A stretch of 64,000 bases of DNA from Antedon mediterranea (GCF_964355755.1 NC_092676.1:22710871-22774870); one strand, 5' to 3'. Shown: positions 41,810-54,430, counted from the first letter of the stretch. The notes: generated from the letters alone by a model not told the origin. Program-made: numbers and translations.

Positions 41810-43092
41810 CTACTTTGTGATAACAATCGCATCAGAGTCACATCGTATCCAAATTTTGCCATCCTCACTTTCAGGCAAAGCAATACTTTTTAAATACTCA
41901 ATGACATCACAATACAACGATTTAGACGCAGTTTCCTTAAAGAAAGCCGATTTTGTAAGAAATTCCAAGAGAAGTTCCCCTTCTTTTGATTTACCATCAA
42001 AACAGCTGGTAGCATCCATCTTTAATTGAATGTGATGCTTTACAAATTGTATTTGGAGTTTCGTCAATGCCTTCTCCACATCTCTTGTAGATAAAGGATA
42101 TATATTATTTTTAAACTGAGCCAGTTTTCTTTGAATCTGTGGTATACAACTGTCATCTATAAAAAAAAAACGAAGGTTATAGCCTTGTTCAACATTAAGA
42201 CATTTATAGACTCATTCCTACGTACTGTACTATAGAAATTTCGAACTAAACCGTTTTTTACTAGATCTAAGACATTTACTTAAGTCGGAGTTCAGTAGAA
42301 CATTTTAAAGAAATGTATTCTTAGCATAAACATGTGTTTAAAACATACCAGACTCCATCATTGCTAGTATCATACCACCATCTTCAAGAATACTCATCAG
42401 ATATTTTAAAACATCTGCTAAATCTTGATAGTAATACAGCACATGAAAAAGCATTATAAAATGGTACTTCTTCATTGGTTGATCTTGGGTTTCCTGTCTG
42501 AACTGCTGAAGAGTCTGCTGGCGCCATTCGAAGGAAACTTTATCAATGAGTTCAGGTTTCAGGGCAGCTAAATCCTGATATTTATTGATATAGGAAAGAT
42601 CTGGTTCCACCACCGTATCTCTGATCTTGGGCCACTGTTTAAGCAGTTGCTGCAAAACAAGGCATTCAGTTTGACCTGTAGGAAAGGATATATAGTATAT
42701 ATAAGCCGCTTAAGAATTAATCCCCATTGAATACTGGGCAAATAAAAATAAATTAAACTTAATTCATCCAGGATAACATTAATTTTAACCAGTTAGTTAG
42801 GAAATGCAGTAAAACCCACTGGTTTAACGGTAATTTTGTTTATCAACAACCATAATACCAGTTTACAACATGCAACTGACAATTTTAATCAATCATTACC
42901 TGGCCCACTACCAACTCCAAGTACCGTTAACTCCATCTCCTTTTCAACCTGTATCTCTTTCATAATTGTTGCAGGAAAATATGAATTGATCCAATTTTGA
43001 AACGCTTCACCGTTTCTGCTTACATTCCAATATACAAGATATGATTCTGCACACCTTTCTTGGTCGCTCCATATCGGTATCAATTTTTCCAT
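41810..43092 (-). CDS. HNMT: HNMT-like methyltransferase (copy F), 288 aa; exons 43092-42900, 42675-42349, 42156-41810
   Basis: Same motifs; GT-AG introns; frame intact. Confidence 0.88.
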
Positions 43093-43971
43093 TTATTCTA
43101 TGAATGTTATAAACACACGTTATTAAACAAGTTCAGTCTGTAGGGTTTTTAATATTAGGTAAATTAATAGTTAAATAAAACTCGAACCTGTATTTAGCTA
43201 ATTAGGCCTAATATAAAATATACTTACGGTACTTGTTTAATCAGACTCGTTTTACCTGTGTATGTTATGCAAAAGCCACGTTAACTGAAAACAATTTAGG
43301 TTTCTATCGTCTATATCAAAATAGCTTTAAATGGCAGAAAATATGGCAATTCAGCGGCCGCCACAAAACCTACCCGGCGGCCGCCATTTGATTATCACCA
43401 TGTGTTGTATAATTTACATTCAAAGAGTATTTAAATTTGCCTTTGAAAATATACGGTATTAATATATTCATTCATTTGCTAATCTATATATAATTTATAT
43501 CGATCAAACACAGTCTCGATAATGAACGGATCACTGCATATGACGATTTATAAATAATTAAAATGCTGGTAAATCTTTCTTTACTACTGGTTTTTTTTGT
43601 TTTTTTTTAAAAATGTCTTTTTATGAGCTTGACTGATTTAAGTCCTTGTCTGTCCGGTGTTTCGCTTTTTCTTTTTGGGGTTTCTTTTTTCACTTTATTA
43701 TTGGTATATAGGTATATCTGGTTTTTTATTTGTTCCAACCATTGTTTTTTGTTTTGTTACTGCAGGGAGTCTAGGCTTAAAGTTTATTTGTTTGTAACAA
43801 AAAATTTATCTAGGCTTCCTTCTACACATGCTTTTTATTATGTTATATCGTGTATTTTTTGTATGTGTAGAGAAATGTTAATAAACGAACGAACGAACGA
43901 AACGAACGAAACGAACGGAAGGAAGTATACTGACTTTTACGCATGCGCAGATTAATAGTTACCATCTCTTT

Positions 43972-44067
43972 TCGTCTACCAAAACCCCTCCTGTTCGTCC
44001 ACCAACCCCTCCTGTTCGTCTACCAACCCCTCCTGTTCGTCTACCAACCCCTCCTGTTCGTCTACCG
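43972..44067 (+). repeat. 21-bp minisatellite, ~4.5 units
   Basis: (TTCGTCTACCAACCCCTCCTG)n; an (AACG)n tract lies just upstream at ~43884-43918. Confidence 0.9.
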
Positions 44068-44689
44068 TCGCGATGAGAAAGCTCGCTGTACGGTAGTAGT
44101 TACGTAGTATTAGCCTACAAATTAATATCAATGGCTACAAAATCATATAAATGGCAATTAATTCGATGTTATCACTTAAATTCGTTTCATTTCACTAATG
44201 CAATTTTGTATGTATGTTTTATTTGTTCACAGTCTTTTAAAAACATTACCAGTACAATTAATCACATATTAAATAAGAATTTCTTGAATTTGCACCCTTT
44301 TGCTGATATCATTTTTGATGTAATCCTTCCTTTAACTCGGCATAAAATCGATAAGGTGGGGTTTGAGAGCTCTAAGTTGGTTTCCCGTGATTGTAACCAT
44401 TTATAAATTACAACATTTTACTAAATATCTTACCTAATAATATGATTAAACGTTATTCTTTTCTTTTTTAACGTTTCTTTCTTTCTGTCTAGTTCTTTCA
44501 TTTATTTTTACTACTTAACAGTTTGGTTGACATTTTTATTTTAAAGAGTTCTTAAAAATGTTACTTGAAACAATTGTAAATGAAATTTTGTGAGGTAGAT
44601 TCATTATACCGTGCGATTTATTTTACATAATTACTATATACTTAATTAAACCAAATTAAGTACTTTCTTGAAAATAATCGTATTGTTTT

Positions 44690-46016
44690 CTACTTTGTGA
44701 TAACAATCGCATCACAGTCACATTTTATAAAACTTTTTCCATCCTCACTTTTAGGCAAAACAATACTTTTTAAATATTCAATGATATCGCTATACAGCGA
44801 TTTAGACGCAGTTTCCTTAAAGAAAGGCGATTGTGTAATAAAATCAACGAGAAGTTCCTCTTCTTTCGATTCGCCATCAAGACAATCAGTAACATTCAGG
44901 TTCATTTGTATACGATGCTTGACAAATTGTATTTGGAGTTTCACTAACTCCTTTTCAACATCTCTTGTAGATACAACATATACGTTCTTCTTAAACTGTG
45001 GAAATTGTTCAGTAATCAGCGGTACACAACTGTCATCTATAAGAAAAACATCTTTTTAGGAAGAGTACTGTAGGTAAGACAATTAATACTAAACCTATTT
45101 TTAGACCTACCAAGCTTGACATTTCAAGCCCTTAAGCTCTGTCTACACTATCAAACTGTATGGATGTCACAAAAAAATGTGATGTGCCCATATATGAAAA
45201 CGATGATGTCATATCAATACCATGTTTGGGCACCTCTCACATTTTTGTCAAAATATAGTATGATTGTAGACAGAGCTGAGTTTTAGTCATGGTTGAGAGA
45301 AAACATTAATTTCACTGCTGACCTATAGTTAAGGCACTTTAATGTTCTGGCTACCGCTAGACCTACTTATTAAATTTAGTTTAGTAGAAGCATAAACATA
45401 CCGCACTCCATCATTGCTATTATCATACCACCATCTTCTAGAATACTCTTCAGATAATTTAAATCTTCTGCTAAATCTTCAAAGAAATACAACACATGAA
45501 ACAACATTATAAAATGGAACTTCTTCAATGGTTGATCTTGGGTTTTCAGTCTGAACTGCTGTAGAGTGTGTTGCCGCCAATCAAAGGAAACTCCATCAAG
45601 GGCTCGAGCTTTCTTGGCAGCTAAGTCTTTATATTTATTAATATGTGACAGATTCGGTTCCACCACCGTATCTGTAATCTTAGGCCACTGTTTCAGTACT
45701 TGCTTCAAAACATGGTATTCGATCTGACCTGTAGAAAAAAGAAGGAAATGATCATAGAGATCGAGCAGCAAAGAGCGTCGGTATGTCCAAAACGCCTATA
45801 ATAACTATTTCAATCCTTACCTGGCCCGCTACCAATTCCAAGTACCATTAGCTCCTTCTCCTTTTCTACTTTTATCTCTTTCATAATTGTCTCAGAAAAA
45901 TATGAATTAATCCAACGTTCTAACACTTCCACGATTCTGCTTTTTTTCCAGTATACATCAAGTGACTCTGCATACCTCTTCTCATTGCTGATTAACGGTG
46001 TTGACGAATTTTCCAT
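44690..46016 (-). CDS. HNMT: HNMT-like methyltransferase (copy G), 289 aa; exons 46016-45821, 45728-45402, 45036-44690
   Basis: VLGIGSGPG, TVVEP, FIMLFHVLYF, DFITQSPFFKETA; frame intact. Confidence 0.88.
45135..45277. mobile_element. MITE family A copy in intron 2 of HNMT-like copy G
   Basis: AGCTCTGTCTACACTATCAAAC ... TGTAGACAGAGCT. Confidence 0.85.
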
Positions 46017-47437
46017 TTTTTTTCTAAAGTATGGATAATTATTATAAACATCCAACAATGAACAAGCACTTGGCGGTTGTTAGTACAGTGTTATGTGAGC
46101 CTACCTAAGAAACTTATTGTAGCATTTAAAACAATGAAGTTAAAGTCAGTCAAATTAAACGCTTATTTTTTGTGGCGTACAAACGAGACTCTACAGCTTC
46201 TATGCCGGTCGGTTGGTCGGTCGGTAAACACTAACTCAAATTTGAGCACGCGACTGCAACTATGTATGGCCTTGTTAATAAAAAAAAATAGAATAACAAA
46301 CCAGTTTATTAACAATATTTACTGTATTTTATAGGCCTACACCCATAAATACATTTGGATCCTTCTCTACTACAGTTGGAATCGAAAAGCTTTTCAGTAC
46401 AGCATAGCCTAGCCGCCGAAGTGTTCATTACGATTTTGTCGATTGTGTAATGATTTTAGCTCGCCTAATTAAATAAAAAATCTCTCTAGACGTGACATAA
46501 GAAAAACACAGAACATCACTTACAAAATTAATTATTGCTCTACTATGGTAAACCACACCTTACGAGCATGCAATATACTTGAAAACGTCTCAAACTGAAG
46601 GTTTACTTTTATTCTATACGGCAGCAGAGCGACAATGACGAAGCGACTGTGATACCACACATCTGGTCACCGAACCATAAAGCCATTTCTTTTATTCCGT
46701 GAGTAATTTTAACTATTTCCTACTTTTAATTATCCCAATAATAATGCCTTACTATCCCGTACGTACGTAACCATTGTAATTGTATTATCCATTTTACGTA
46801 TTCGACCTTAACGTGTCTAAGTCCCTATCATACTTCGGTATGGTACCGAATCAATGATCATTCTACTTTTGTTGTACTTTTCTCTTCCAATAATTTAACT
46901 TCTACTCTCGTCCGCTTTTCGCCTGTTTTTTTTAAAATCTTTAATTTTAATAATTTAGTTAACTCTTGTCCGTCCTTTTTATTTTTATTTCCAAGTGGTT
47001 TTTCATCGGCCGTGTTTTAATAAGATACGGGGTGCTTTCTGAGCATTGGTGGTGTGGCTAATTGTAGCTATTGCCTACAATAGCATCTCAATCACTTATT
47101 GGTGGTTTGGTTGCCGTTAAAAGAATTGTTATAAGCCCTACTTAAACTACAAATAAGGGCAAATTTACCAAATTATTTTTATTCTTCAATTCTCGGTTGG
47201 GTGTAAGAATCCGACAAATTACAACGGAACCACTATTCCTCTTTCCTCCTCTAACACTTTTTTTAAAATGCCAAAATCATTGCCATTAAAGGAGAACTTT
47301 ACCAGTATTATATAATTTGACAAAGTATTAGAAATGTAGGCCTACAACAATATTACGAGATTTCCGATTTTTCGAAAACGCCCTCGCCGTACCGCCGCGC
47401 ACATCCGTCGCCGTGAATTTGCTTAAATGACGTCTCT

Positions 47438-48066
47438 GTGCATCATCTGGCACCACGATATCTTGCCCAAAGAGATTTTATCAAAGATTGCCTTGAGAAC
47501 TTATTTTCTATTGTCAGAGGGAGAAGGGGTCATCGCTATTACCCGATGGCAGATGAATTTAGAGCCTCCCTGAAGGAAGTTATGTGCAACAGGATGTTAA
47601 TTCCGTCAGGGAATTCGAATTGCCTAGAAGACACTGATCGACAGCTAGATGGAATTGATGCAATAATGATGGCCCAATCATCATCATCATCATCGCATCA
47701 TGTTGCCGATCAAGAAGACAACGATGCCACCACTGACGACGACTGCTGCTTAGAAGACTTTGAGATGACTCAGCTAAATACTTTAGTATATGTAGCAGGT
47801 TACGTCGTCAAGAAAGCAAGTGTAAAGCACAATTGCGATATCTGTAACAGTGCGATGCGAGAAACCAATCGAAAACTGGAAGACCCAAAGCAGCTAGTTC
47901 CTAACACATTTTATGAAAGTTGAATGTTTGTTCACCAGCAATAGAAACATTGCTAATTAAAACGTACGTAAACCTACGCATATTCTATGCTGTTAAATTC
48001 TTCAACAGAGACATAATCAGTGATAAGAAGAAGAGTGAAAAATTAATTAAAGTATCAAATTTATGA
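47438..48066 (+). pseudogene. C-terminal fragment of a P-element/THAP9-family transposase
   Basis: DCLENLFSIVRGRRG..YP...EF (compare QDxLENxFSxIRxxGG around the catalytic Glu), SGNSNC.ED, LVYVAGYVVKK...C..C; after a break, LLIKTYVNLRIFYAVKFFN...KLIKVSNL* (stop 48064-48066). The N-terminal part is missing. Confidence 0.75.
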
Positions 48067-49211
48067 GGTGTGCCATAAAGTTCTAGGAGGTCTGTACGCG
48101 CCTCGGTCTGTGCATTATCGGCTAGAAATGATGATCATTACGACGGTCTGGTATGATGATTGAATAATTGTAAATATGATGATTTTATTTCAATGTTTCT
48201 ACATTTTTTTTTATTTCCTCTGGGTGGCCCGTGCATCATTTTGCAATAGTTATTGAGTTAATTTTAAACTGAGACTACTATAACATAACTAATTGCTATC
48301 TCAGGTTTTAAATAAATTATAATAACAAATGAATGTCATGGCGAATGATGGGTACATAATGCAGTAGTCCTAGTATGAATTGTCTCAGAATTGACTATCA
48401 TAATCTGTTTCATGTCATGACTGTAGGCTTAAGCCTATGATTGTTTATAAATATATTCATAAAAAATTACTGCAATAAAATAGTCGAAGTAGTGATTTTC
48501 AAAAAGTGACTTCTTGTTCTTTTTTTAATTGTTTATAACACACTATTTGACTACTATATTTTCCTAATCTGTACTGTTTATAATAACAAAAGAATAAATT
48601 CTAGGGCCTACATGCAAGTCAGGATACATCAAAGCATGAACCAATACAAAAAACACACAAATTCACCCCTCTTTTTATACAGTATTATGGCTCTAGTGTG
48701 TTTTTGACACAAACTTTCAGAGACTCGTTCATCATTTCATTTGTAATAATTTTCCTTTATTATTTTAATATTGTTCATACCTATGCAATATATTAACAAA
48801 TATATCCACGACACTTTATTATTTTATTTAGTCATCAAAGCATGCATTATGAATTGAAAATATTACATAATTGTTATTAATGGGACGTAGTTATGGGATG
48901 TTTTGTTCCAAAATCAATCAAGATCGAACGTTATAATGTACTAGCGTACGCGCGCGCAATATTCTTTGGCGCAAGTGGTTCTGTACGCTGTGCACGTCGA
49001 TATTCCCACCGTAAAATGTGCAATTACATTTTTTTTAATATAAGAAAAAGTTTAAAGTAATTTCTTGCTCCTATACTTTACATGCATTAACGGAGACAAG
49101 TTTGACACAAATTGATCTGCATATCACGTGACTTAAATCCAATGTCGTAACTCTTTATATATAATATGGCTCTGAACTCACCGTACACGACACCACTCTA
49201 AATGAGTGGTG

Positions 49212-50808
49212 CAAGAGGCTGGTGGACCGGTCGGCGAAACCGCGATTTTTTTTTCCGTACGGGAGTTCCTCCATCGGTTCGTTTCGGACTCAATCGACTC
49301 TCTTCGGTATTCGGTAAAGTCAGCTCACTGATGCGTGACAATATAAGACAATTTTACATTTACAAACCGCGAGCTAATACTTTCACACAGGCTCTCATAA
49401 TTAATAGTATATGAATCTAATACGAGTTTTGATGACATTAATTAATTAATAAATACTAGGCCTACTTAGTAATTACATTAAGAACCCAATAGCATATTGA
49501 CCTTTTGTCACGAAAAGAGAGGCTCTTTTCTTATCGTTTATGGTATTATTGTAGCTAGCCCATGGCTAGCCTAGCCAAGCTTGTGTAAGCCTATGCAAGG
49601 TATACTTTTGAATTTAAAATGGTTATGTACAGTAGGAATTTCTATGCACAGTGTATGTTTTTATACCTTTTAAAATAATATTATTAAATTAATACAGTAT
49701 TTATATTGTAAGGTAATGGAAATTTTACGTTAAAGGTGTACGTATTATTAATTATCCCCAATCTTGAAAAATAAAGATTTCAGACTTTTAATATAGGCAA
49801 TTTTTGAGTTTTAATTAAGTTATAGGCCTACAACTAATATTATTGTTTATTATGTGTATATGTAATTTGGAAAATCATAAAAAATACATGCAAAGTAAAA
49901 AACATTCAATTACGGTACTGACACGACTGCAATAGTACAAATACATTTAATAATACTGTAACACATTTTCCAGGAAGCTTATAATTTATTGTGATACTAT
50001 CATCTTGTCATGAAGATCGGTTTTCTGTATTCCATATTCTTGATTTAATTTTTTTTATTATGGTTTCTGAAATAAATTTAAAAAAAAAATTGTTCATTTT
50101 AATTCAAAATTTCCACCGGCCAAGATATCAATAATTATTAAATTAACACAATAGTAAACGCTTTATAAGCAAGCATGTGTTTCTATACATTACAACTTAC
50201 AAGAATACATGTTACTAATACTAATTGATACCTAGGCCTATATGTATACAATTTTTCAAATGTTACACTTAAAAACCTGACTGAAGAAAATTGTAATTTT
50301 CTTGATAAAAACATCTGTTAGTGTTACTTCTGTACATATAATTTCTAACCTACTACTTCATTTTATTAAAATAAAAAATATTAATGTAGATGGAAATGTA
50401 CTACATTGAAGCACACGTACGTAGGGCTAGGCTAGCTAGGCCTTGCTTGTGATCGACGACCAACAAAGTGCTGCTGCTGTGTGTGTGTTACTGTTTGTGA
50501 ATTTGATGGTACTACATTGGTTTGTGGCTGCCTAGACAGTATTATATTATTAAAATTCTAGGCCTATTATTATTATTACAATGACGTTCAGAACTACTAT
50601 TAATATTTATTATTTTATTTTACAGTGAGTATAGTATTAGGCCTCTAGTATGTATAAATCTGTCACTCGTGCAAAAAAGCTGCTCACGTTTTGTCTTGTG
50701 GTTGCTGTCACGCATCAGTGGCTTACCGAAGAGTCGATTGAGTCCGAAACGAACCGGTGGAGGAACTCTCGTACGGAAAAAAAAATCGCGACCGGTCGTG
50801 GCCCTCTA
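49212..50808. mobile_element. ~1.6 kb non-autonomous DNA element with ~100-bp imperfect terminal inverted repeats
   Basis: 49225-49340 (GACCGGTC..CGCGATTTTTTTTCCGTACG.GAGTTCCTCCA.CGGTTCGTTTCGGACTCAATCGACTC..CACTGATGCGTGACA) is the reverse complement of 50706-50797; the interior is AT-rich and non-coding. Confidence 0.8.
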
Positions 50809-50829
50809 TTAGCCCCCCTCGTCTTCTGA

Positions 50830-51062
50830 AATTTTCTTTTAAATAGTATGATTGTGTCAACTTCTACTGTACTGGCAGGGAGAGCATTCCATGAATTTAC
50901 GACTCGTTGGGTAAAAAAATGACTACGGCAATTTAATCGAGCATTATTCTTTTTCAATTTATGTTTATGACCCCTAGTGGCGGTATATTCAGACTTTTGA
51001 AAAAGTAAATCCCTATCAATAGCCTCTTTATTAGAAAGAAAATTATATGTTTGAATCATTGG
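50830..51062 (-). mobile_element. CR1/L2-group LINE ORF2 C-terminal fragment
   Basis: TRGHKHKLKK..ARLNCRSHFFTQRVVNSWNALP...FKRK is the typical C-terminus of CR1-like reverse transcriptase ORFs. Confidence 0.85.
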
Positions 51063-51175
51063 AGTTCGCCCTCTAGCGCTGGAATCACTCAACCACTCAT
51101 GTTGTGAAGTATCTCTCTCTCAGTCTCTCTTGAGTGAATTCCCCTGCTCGGCTGCTGCTGGCCTGGGTGGAAAAC

Positions 51176-51553
51176 ATGCCGTCGTCGTGTGTTGTTCCAT
51201 GTTGTGAATATTATGAAAAGTCTCGATTAGAAGGCAGATCGTTTCATTCTTTTCCAAATGATAAGGCGTTGGCGAAAAAATGGTTAGTCGTTATTAAGAA
51301 CAAGGACTTGAAACCCAAGTGTAAGCCCTCGACTTACAAAAACTTGCGAGTTTGTGGAAAACACTTTCGAAAGACAGATTTCCTTCCTGATCCAAAACAC
51401 GATTTGGCTCCACATCTCTATAAGCCTAAACATCGTCTGAAACCCGACGCCGTACCAAGTATATTCGCATTTAATAGGCCTAGGCCTATTAGTGTTGGGC
51501 CTATAATAAATATGAGGAGTGGATTTAAAAAAAGACAAGTTATTCAAGAATTG
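51176..51553 (+). CDS. THAP zinc-finger exon (first exon of a THAP gene or transposase; downstream exons not found)
   Basis: MPSSCVVPCC...SFHSFP....KKW....RVCGKHF...F...LKPDAVPSIF is a complete C2CH THAP signature with AVPTIF box; donor TTG|GTAAGA at 51553. Confidence 0.7.
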
Positions 51554-52619
51554 GTAAGAATAAATGCAGAGCCATTATTATTAAATTTAGCGCCCTCTAT
51601 ATAATTATAATGTGTAAAGCACGTCCTGAATTGTTGGTTCATCCTTTATTATTTACCATTAATACCGTAATTTTAATTGATTGTACAATTTAAGTCGTTT
51701 AAAAAAAAAATTTACTTTACATTAGGTTTTTTGAAAAAATACTGTGCTTTTATTGTTTTACTATTAGTATTACTGTTCATTAGTTAGGCTTGTTGCACCA
51801 AAATCAGTCCGGCGGACAAGTTTTGGCTGCCAAAATTGGTCCGCGGGAACATTTATGGCTGCCAAAACCTGTCCTGCCTGTATAAAATCAGTAGGACTGT
51901 TGTTGGCCGCCACATATGGTCTGGTCTTACAAATATATGGTGTGCAAAATGAAGCATAATGTATTTTATATAAAAAAAGGCCATGATTAGTCATTATATT
52001 GAAAACTACAGGGTTTTATTTGTTATTTTATTTTTAATATTATAAATTAAGCCTGTTTTTTTATTATCATTATTAGTATTAATTCAATAATTAGTACTAA
52101 TTGTTAGGCTTTTTGTGTACAATGTATCTCTGTCTGTTTTTAATCCATTTTGTTTTAACATCTTCGTTTCCCTATGATGTTAAAAACAATTTAAATTATT
52201 ACTTATTTATCATTAATCAACCAATATAACAATGAATTCAATACAATTATTATAAAACATTTATCCAATATTGATTAGGCTGAGGAAGAAGAACACTAAG
52301 TCATCGACACAAGAAAAATCCGGACCGATTTTGGCAGTGGCAGGCTCCTTTTGGCCACATATTTAAAGCTATTTTGCCCCGGACCACATTAAATTGTCCT
52401 GACAGGCCTTCGGTATTTTTAATTTTATAATATAATTTTGAAGTTGAGGTTTTAGTAAATGTTAATGTTACCAACAATAATAATTAATAAGCAATGCAGA
52501 CATAGTCTCTTAGTGGTCTATACTATGGGCATATTGTTTATACGTATATTTTGAAATGGTTGGAGGGGGATGAACCCCTGGCTGGTCTGCCAGACAATTA
52601 TCTTGTTTGTTAAAATGAT

Positions 52620-54430
52620 TTACTCATTTTGAGATAGAAAGACTTTACAGCATCTTTCACACTGCTCATATGCAGTTTCAAAGTCTGTTAGCGGACCCTG
52701 CAAGAACAATTTAGGATTATAAATACATTATTTAGATAAAAAAAAATGTATTTACAATTTACAAATAATGAATGTTATTGTTTACAATCATGAGTTTAAT
52801 ATGGAATTGGATATTTTCATGAGATGATGAGTTGTGAAAGATTGACTGTTCTATTGAATGAGACACTATTTTATTTAATTTTTCATCTCAATTGTACCAC
52901 TTGTCAGTTGATATTTGTATACTATAATATTTTAAGAGATGTTAGAATCATACTTACTGGATATGGGTCTACTATGATATTTGTGCTTTTGTCTGTGTCA
53001 AGGTCACCAAGTAAGATCAGTTGGCATTTGCTATCATCTGGTTTACGTCTTTTTAATTGTCTGAGAAATTAAAAAAATGATTGGATACAGTTTTAAAGTT
53101 GTTGTAATATTAAAAAAAAATTAATACAGTAATCAAAATATTGAAGGTCGCAATAACCCTTTTTGTTTTTTGACTAACCTCATATTGTCTTCATCAAATC
53201 CAAAAAGATAATGAAAATCATAATAATCTTGTTTGGTTACCTACAAAATAAAATATTATAAATAATTGCATATTATTATTATGCTATTATTTTATTACAC
53301 TATATTACACTACAATATTATATATTTCAGAAAAATATTTTCAAAATGAATGGATTCATTAAAAAAAAGTTTTCTTTAGAAAGAACAGAATTACATGGGA
53401 AGTACAGTTGAGTTGACAGCCTATCTCCATCTTGTTAAATAGATGAGTATAGTAGTCAATCTTTCAACAACTCATTTCTCCTCATCAACTCATAAACATT
53501 CATTATTTGTTGTTATTCTGTTGTTGTTTAGCAAAAATACAGTAGTACAGTAATACAATCTTATGGAAGAAAGGTTTGTAATGGCCATCAGAAGTGCAAC
53601 AGTACTGCACAGGCTTATATAATTACTGTATATCACTATCAGTAAAAACCTCTATTTACTTACCTGTCTAGCTATGTGGCTACTTGCTTTACGGTTGTAC
53701 TTTTTTAATGTTTCATTTGTAAGGTTGTATGGTGTGTTTCCTACATTATATGTTGCCGTAGCAGCACTGTCAATTTTCCACTGGTCTGCCACTCCCTTCT
53801 CTTCCACTAGCTCTCTGAGAATCTGTTCAGCCATAACAGACCGACATATATTGCCTATAAAAACAATGTACTGTATATAAAATACATATATGCAGCTAGA
53901 GTAAATAAAAATTCATTTACCAGCACATCGCATGATGATTGTGTAATTACTAATTATATGTTCGACAATTGCTCTACCAAACCTTTGCACAATTAAATTA
54001 GTAAATTATGCGATTTCATTTAATTAAACAAAATATAATAGAAATACATGCTTAAATAAAATAAGGGCTACTGCAATGTGTTCCAAACACTAGCTGACTA
54101 GGACTAACAAGTAAAGTAGTACAGGTACCTGGGAATCTTATCTAGGAAGGGAATGTAGTACTGTCTGTAGTAGTACTAGTAAAATAGTTACAGTAGTTGT
54201 ACTGTAGTAGTAGTAGTAGGCCTAGTAGATACTACTGCATTATTATAGGCTATACATAATATTCTTAATAACAGTCGTATTTAAAACTTGTCCTGTCTCG
54301 TATTGAAGGGAATACGACTAGCTAATTATGTAACATATAAATCTAGGAATACACCAACTAACTTATATTATAAAATATTACCCAGACAAATAAAAAGAGC
54401 TGATTTATTTTTGTTACTGCTGCCAGCCAT
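52620..54430 (-). CDS. ACP1: Low-molecular-weight protein tyrosine phosphatase (copy 1), 160 aa; exons 54430-54382, 53854-53664, 53240-53179, 53060-52958, 52697-52620
   Basis: P-loop LFICLGNICRS, WKIDSAAT, HIARQV, general-acid DPY motif, FETAYEQC.RCCK.FL; all introns GT-AG and in frame. Confidence 0.92.

Noticed and set aside
31086-45059. Recurring plus-strand ORFs (..ITIASESH..DAVSLKKA..) suggesting an antisense gene family
   Set aside because: They are exact reverse complements of HNMT-like exon 3; no independent splice or start signals.
50715-51092. 125-aa ORF as a host gene
   Set aside because: Chimeric reading of a CR1-like LINE 3' fragment and the TIR of the adjacent element.
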